A stretch of DNA of 33,060 bases from Armatimonadota bacterium. GTDB lineage: Bacteria > Sysuimicrobiota > Sysuimicrobiia > Sysuimicrobiales > Humicultoraceae. The stretch covers positions 1-33,060 of the forward strand of contig JBBIJB010000021.1 in assembly GCA_037446215.1 (NCBI GenBank), read 5' to 3'. Below, piece by piece: positions 29,386 to 33,060 of the stretch. The translations under genes and the position numbers were made by a program. Below the pieces are notes generated by a model. It saw only the letters and a list, made by a program, of their open reading frames with translations. It had not been told where the DNA came from and ran no database searches. Each line of letters starts with the position of its first letter. The first letter of the stretch is position 1.

Positions 29386-30708
29386 ATGGATCGAGCAGCG
29401 ATGGTAAGACCCGATCGCCTTGCATCACGGTTGGAGGAGCTCTCGCGGATCGGGGGTACACCCGGAGGTGGGGTCAGCCGGTTTCCCTACTCCAAGGAGC
29501 ATGCCGAGGCGGTGCGGCTGGTGGCCGGCTGGATGGAGGAGGCCGGGCTGAAGCCCTGCTGCGACGCCCTGGGAAACCTGATCGGAACCTCCGAGGGGTC
29601 GCGCAGCCAAGAGGGATGGCCTTCGATAGTGCTCGGCTCCCATCTCGACACGGTTCCCGAAGGCGGCATTTTCGACGGGGCGCTTGGCGTCGTCGCAGCG
29701 GTGGAGGTGGCTGCGGCGATTCATGAGGGCGGGCTCCGGCTGGGCCATCCGCTGTCCATCGTCGGTTTCGCGGCAGAGGAGGCCTATGCGTATGGCGTGG
29801 GCGCTCTGGCCTCCCGGTGCCTCGTCGGAGGTCTATCGCGGTCGCGCTGTAGCGACCTCGTCGGATACGACGGACGTACCCTTGGCACCGCGATCGCGTC
29901 CTTCACGACGGGGCTGCTGAGCGGATGCCTTCCCCGCGCCATAGGCGTCTACCTGGAACTGCACGCCGAGCAGGGTCCCGTACTCTGGAAGGCGGGCTGG
30001 AGGGTGGCCGCTGTAAGCGTCATCACTGGGATAGTGAGGACTACCGTTACGATAACGGGGGAGGCGAACCACGCGGGCACAACTCCGATGTCCCAGCGTC
30101 GGGATGCGCTCGTGGGAGCGGCAGAGTTCGTTCTTGCTGCGAGGTCGCTGGCCACGCAGCTGGGCCCACCAGCCGTGGGGACGGTGGGCGCGCTCCTCGT
30201 ACGGCCGGGGGCCTCGAACGTCGTGCCTGGCGATGTGGAGATGATGGTTGAGTTTCGTTCCCACGACGCTGCGCATCTGCGGTCGATCCGCGACCGCGCG
30301 GAGGAATGCCTGGGCACTATCGGTCAGCGGGAGAACCTTGTTTGCCGCGTTGACTCATGGGACTTGCGGGACCCTGTTCCCCTGGATCAGAACATCCAAG
30401 AGGTGGTGTCGATTGCTATCAGGGGAGCGGGTCACGAACCTCGCGTAGTCCCAAGCGGCGCGGGCCACGATGCCATGGTCATGGCGCAGTGCGCGCCTGC
30501 GGGGATGGTCTTTGTGCCAAGCATTGGAGGAGTCAGCCACTCTCCAAGAGAACGGACGGACTGGGATGACGTCGCGTTGGGGGCAGAGGTCCTCCTGCGC
30601 ACAGTCATGCTGCTGGACGGGCAGGGGCGACTCCCGGTTAGGACTCTGCCGGAACCCCCCGAACGACTCGAGATAGGGACGTACTCAGATCGCGAGGTGA
30701 GAAGATGA
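29386..30708 (+). CDS. M20 Zn-amidohydrolase, allantoate amidohydrolase / N-carbamoylase family
   Basis: GSHLDTV..GG.FDG.LGV, EE, ELHAEQG, G.ANHAGTTPM..R.DAL, NVVPG, SGAGHDA, GGVSHSP.E; ATG 29386 after AGGAG. Confidence 0.92.
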   Translation: MDRAAMVRPDRLASRLEELSRIGGTPGGGVSRFPYSKEHAEAVRLVAGWMEEAGLKPCCDALGNLIGTSEGSRSQEGWPSIVLGSHLDTVPEGGIFDGALGVVAAVEVAAAIHEGGLRLGHPLSIVGFAAEEAYAYGVGALASRCLVGGLSRSRCSDLVGYDGRTLGTAIASFTTGLLSGCLPRAIGVYLELHAEQGPVLWKAGWRVAAVSVITGIVRTTVTITGEANHAGTTPMSQRRDALVGAAEFVLAARSLATQLGPPAVGTVGALLVRPGASNVVPGDVEMMVEFRSHDAAHLRSIRDRAEECLGTIGQRENLVCRVDSWDLRDPVPLDQNIQEVVSIAIRGAGHEPRVVPSGAGHDAMVMAQCAPAGMVFVPSIGGVSHSPRERTDWDDVALGAEVLLRTVMLLDGQGRLPVRTLPEPPERLEIGTYSDREVRR

Positions 30709-32297
30709 GGAGGCACTCGAACCTGCCGGCAGCCTTCATCAGAGGATCGGCCCTGACTCTGCTCACGCTCGTCCTGGCCTTGTCAGGCCTGTTGCCCGTG
30801 AGATCTTCGGCAGCGCCACCCAGACCCGTTCCGGGCGGTGTCATGAGGGTGGCGCACATCGGGGAGCCGCCGACGCTCGACCTGCACTTCTCCACTGCAG
30901 TGATCACTAGCGACATCGCTTCCAATATCTTCGAAGGCCTCTTCGGCATAGACAGCAAGTTCGAGACCAAACCGGTACTAATCGACAGCTGGTCCCTAAG
31001 CAATGACCGCCTTGTGTACACCTTCCGCCTACGGCGCGGCGTTAGGTTCCACAACGGCAAGGAGATGACCGCGGATGATGTTACGGCGTCCCTCTCGCGC
31101 TGGGGGCGCCTGGCCGTCGGAGGGCGCCGTGTGTTCGCAGTAGTGAACTCGCTGACTTCCCCCGACCCGCTCACGGTTGTAGTCCAGCTCAAGGAGCCCT
31201 ACGCTCTGCTTCCCCTAGAGCTGGCCTACTCCGTCCAGGCTGCTGCCATATATCCAAAGGAAGTGGTCGAGGAGGCTGGGACCGGTCCTGTTAGACGCTT
31301 CATAGGGACCGGCCCCTACCGCTTTGTGGAGCACCTTCCGGATCGACACATCAGGCTTGATCGCTTTGACGGGTATCAGGCTCGAACGGAGCCGGGAGAC
31401 GGGTTCTCCGGCCGAAAGGGTGCATACGTAGATTCCATCTACTTCCATCCTGTGCCGGATACGGCGACGCGTATCGCGGGAGTGAGGAGAGGCGACTTCC
31501 ACCTTGCCGACTCCATACCCCAGGACGAGTACGAGCGCCTAAGGGGCGACCCCAACCTTGTCACAGCCGTGCCGACCGCCCCAGCATGGCTGCCCGTCAT
31601 CTTCAACCACAGGTCTGGCCTGATGTCGGACCGTAGAGTACGCCAGGCGTTCCAGGCTGCAATCGACTGCGAAGCGGTGCTGCAAGCCGCAGTCGGCCCG
31701 CGCCGGTTTTGGAGACTCGAACCGGGGCTTATGCCTCGAGGACATCCCATGGCGAGCGAGTCCGGCAAGGAGTTCTTCAACCAGAAGAACCCTGAGCGAG
31801 CCCGCAAACTCCTTGAGGAGGCCGGTTACAAGCGTGAACCGATCCGCTGGATTACGACCATGGAATACGCTGTGCTTGGAACGGCTGCCCAGGTAGCCAA
31901 ACCGATGCTCGAGAAGGCAGGGTTCGTCGTTGATCTTCAGGTCGTGGACTGGGCCACGCTCATGGCCCGGCGAGGTCGTCCCGAGCTTTGGGATGTGTTT
32001 CAGACATGGTTTTCGTTTCAGCCCGACCCGGCGTTCATGCTTGTACTTCAACCCGGGTGGCCGGGGTGGTATGACAACCGGGACATGAATGCCATGATGG
32101 CGCTGCTCCGGCGGCACTCTAACCCGAAGGTACGCCTGGATCTGTGGTCGCGGATGCAGAGGTACTGGTATGAAGACGCAGCCTCGATCAAGTTTGGGGA
32201 CTTCTTCCTGATGCACCTGCACCGAAAGGAGCTTAGGGACTACGTCAACGTCCCCGTTGCGCATGTGCTCTGGAACGCATGGATGGAGAGGCGGTAG
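30705..32297 (+). CDS. ABC transporter substrate-binding protein, family 5 (peptide/nickel type)
   Basis: Signal peptide, EPPTLD, IFEGL, YTFRLR.GV.FHNG..MTA.DV..S, IGTGPY.F, VRQA; ATGA overlap with the amidohydrolase. Confidence 0.93.
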   Translation: MRRHSNLPAAFIRGSALTLLTLVLALSGLLPVRSSAAPPRPVPGGVMRVAHIGEPPTLDLHFSTAVITSDIASNIFEGLFGIDSKFETKPVLIDSWSLSNDRLVYTFRLRRGVRFHNGKEMTADDVTASLSRWGRLAVGGRRVFAVVNSLTSPDPLTVVVQLKEPYALLPLELAYSVQAAAIYPKEVVEEAGTGPVRRFIGTGPYRFVEHLPDRHIRLDRFDGYQARTEPGDGFSGRKGAYVDSIYFHPVPDTATRIAGVRRGDFHLADSIPQDEYERLRGDPNLVTAVPTAPAWLPVIFNHRSGLMSDRRVRQAFQAAIDCEAVLQAAVGPRRFWRLEPGLMPRGHPMASESGKEFFNQKNPERARKLLEEAGYKREPIRWITTMEYAVLGTAAQVAKPMLEKAGFVVDLQVVDWATLMARRGRPELWDVFQTWFSFQPDPAFMLVLQPGWPGWYDNRDMNAMMALLRRHSNPKVRLDLWSRMQRYWYEDAASIKFGDFFLMHLHRKELRDYVNVPVAHVLWNAWMERR

Positions 32298-32328
32298 CCC
32301 GGTTGTCGGATCCCCAAGGGCCGGTTAC

Positions 32329-33060
32329 CTACAAGCCCTGGGTGTAGTCTCTGTTTACGTCCTTGTACAGCAGGTAGCGGGCCCGGTCCCATCCGGTGGC
32401 GTAGAAGTACTGCGGGCAGTATGCGGCCATGAATATGAAGTCATTTGCCTGGACTTCATGGTAGTCCCCGTTAAGCCAGTAGATACCTCGACCGGCCAAC
32501 ATGTAGAGGCCGTGCTCCATTATGTGTGACTCGACATACCCAAAGCAGGTCCCCGGCTCGAAGTTGAGTAGGTTGAAGGCAAGGTCGAAGGCGGGATTCT
32601 CGTACGGAATCAGGTGCTGCTCGAGGTAGGTATCCTCGGGCACTGCCGGGATGTCCCGCTCGTTCGAGACAATTGCGTCGGGAACCTGAAGACCCTCTGC
32701 ACTCGCGTAGCGACGGCGGAGCCAGATGACACGGGTTTGGGAGTCCGTTTGGTTCTTCAGTTCGTACGCCCTTTCGGGCGGCAGCCACGAGTAACCACCC
32801 TCGCAGAGTTGGTGCTCAGCCGCCTCCATGCGGAGCGTCACACCACCCTCCAATACGAACAGAAAGTGCTCAAACCCGTCGCAGATGGGCCCGAGCGACC
32901 CTCCGCCCGGCCTGATCAGCAACTCGTGTTCGACGAATCGAGCCCCGAGCTGCGGTGCGGCGAGGACCTGTGCGCTGGCGCCGGAGAAGTTGGGGAGTAC
33001 GCTGGGGACCCGGTTTGCCTGAGGCAGTAGGATATATACTCCTGGCTTTGCGGTCGCCCG
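32329..33060 (-). CDS. allE: (S)-ureidoglycine aminohydrolase (bicupin), 5'-partial at window edge
   Basis: Frame is open to the window end (RATAKPGVYILLP...P.LGA.F...); E.FLFVLEG, ESHIMEHGLYML.G.G.Y.L, GDF-like NDFIFM..YCPQ, YLLYKDVNR. Confidence 0.88.
   Translation of the reverse strand, partial: RATAKPGVYILLPQANRVPSVLPNFSGASAQVLAAPQLGARFVEHELLIRPGGGSLGPICDGFEHFLFVLEGGVTLRMEAAEHQLCEGGYSWLPPERAYELKNQTDSQTRVIWLRRRYASAEGLQVPDAIVSNERDIPAVPEDTYLEQHLIPYENPAFDLAFNLLNFEPGTCFGYVESHIMEHGLYMLAGRGIYWLNGDYHEVQANDFIFMAAYCPQYFYATGWDRARYLLYKDVNRDYTQGL

Overview
High-GC bacterial chromosomal window, densely coding (about 28 CDS, two cut by the window edges, plus one pseudogene fragment). I saw no rRNA, tRNA, CRISPR array, transposase or integrase. 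All assignments come from motif recognition by eye; no database search was run. Left to right: (1) a catabolic cluster (TPP-enzyme tail, IclR, CaiB-type CoA-transferase, citryl-CoA lyase-like). (2) An AroK-AroB fusion with non-canonical catalytic and NAD-binding motifs. (3) A 13.6-kb minus-strand run: stand-alone MetH-like reactivation domain, RACo/RamA corrinoid activator, [a serine hydrolase on the opposite strand], MFS, homocysteine-methyltransferase domain, pterin-binding methyltransferase, three-gene ABC-2 exporter, a CydA-like protein fused to a monoheme cytochrome c, a second divergent CydA-like membrane protein, and a secreted protein. No cobalamin-binding protein is encoded in the window. 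(4) Tyrosine phenol-lyase, divergent from that run. (5) Two BatA/vWA proteins, a HisJ-like PHP phosphatase and an MFS remnant. (6) Tandem phosphofructokinases with ATP-type and PPi-type signatures. (7) An operon of 2-hydroxyacid dehydrogenase, SIS-domain protein and NodIJ-like exporter. (8) A visibly lower-GC block with an M20 amidohydrolase, a family-5 binding protein and ureidoglycine aminohydrolase. The best candidates for new biology are the cytochrome-c-fused bd-type pair and the split corrinoid methyltransfer module.
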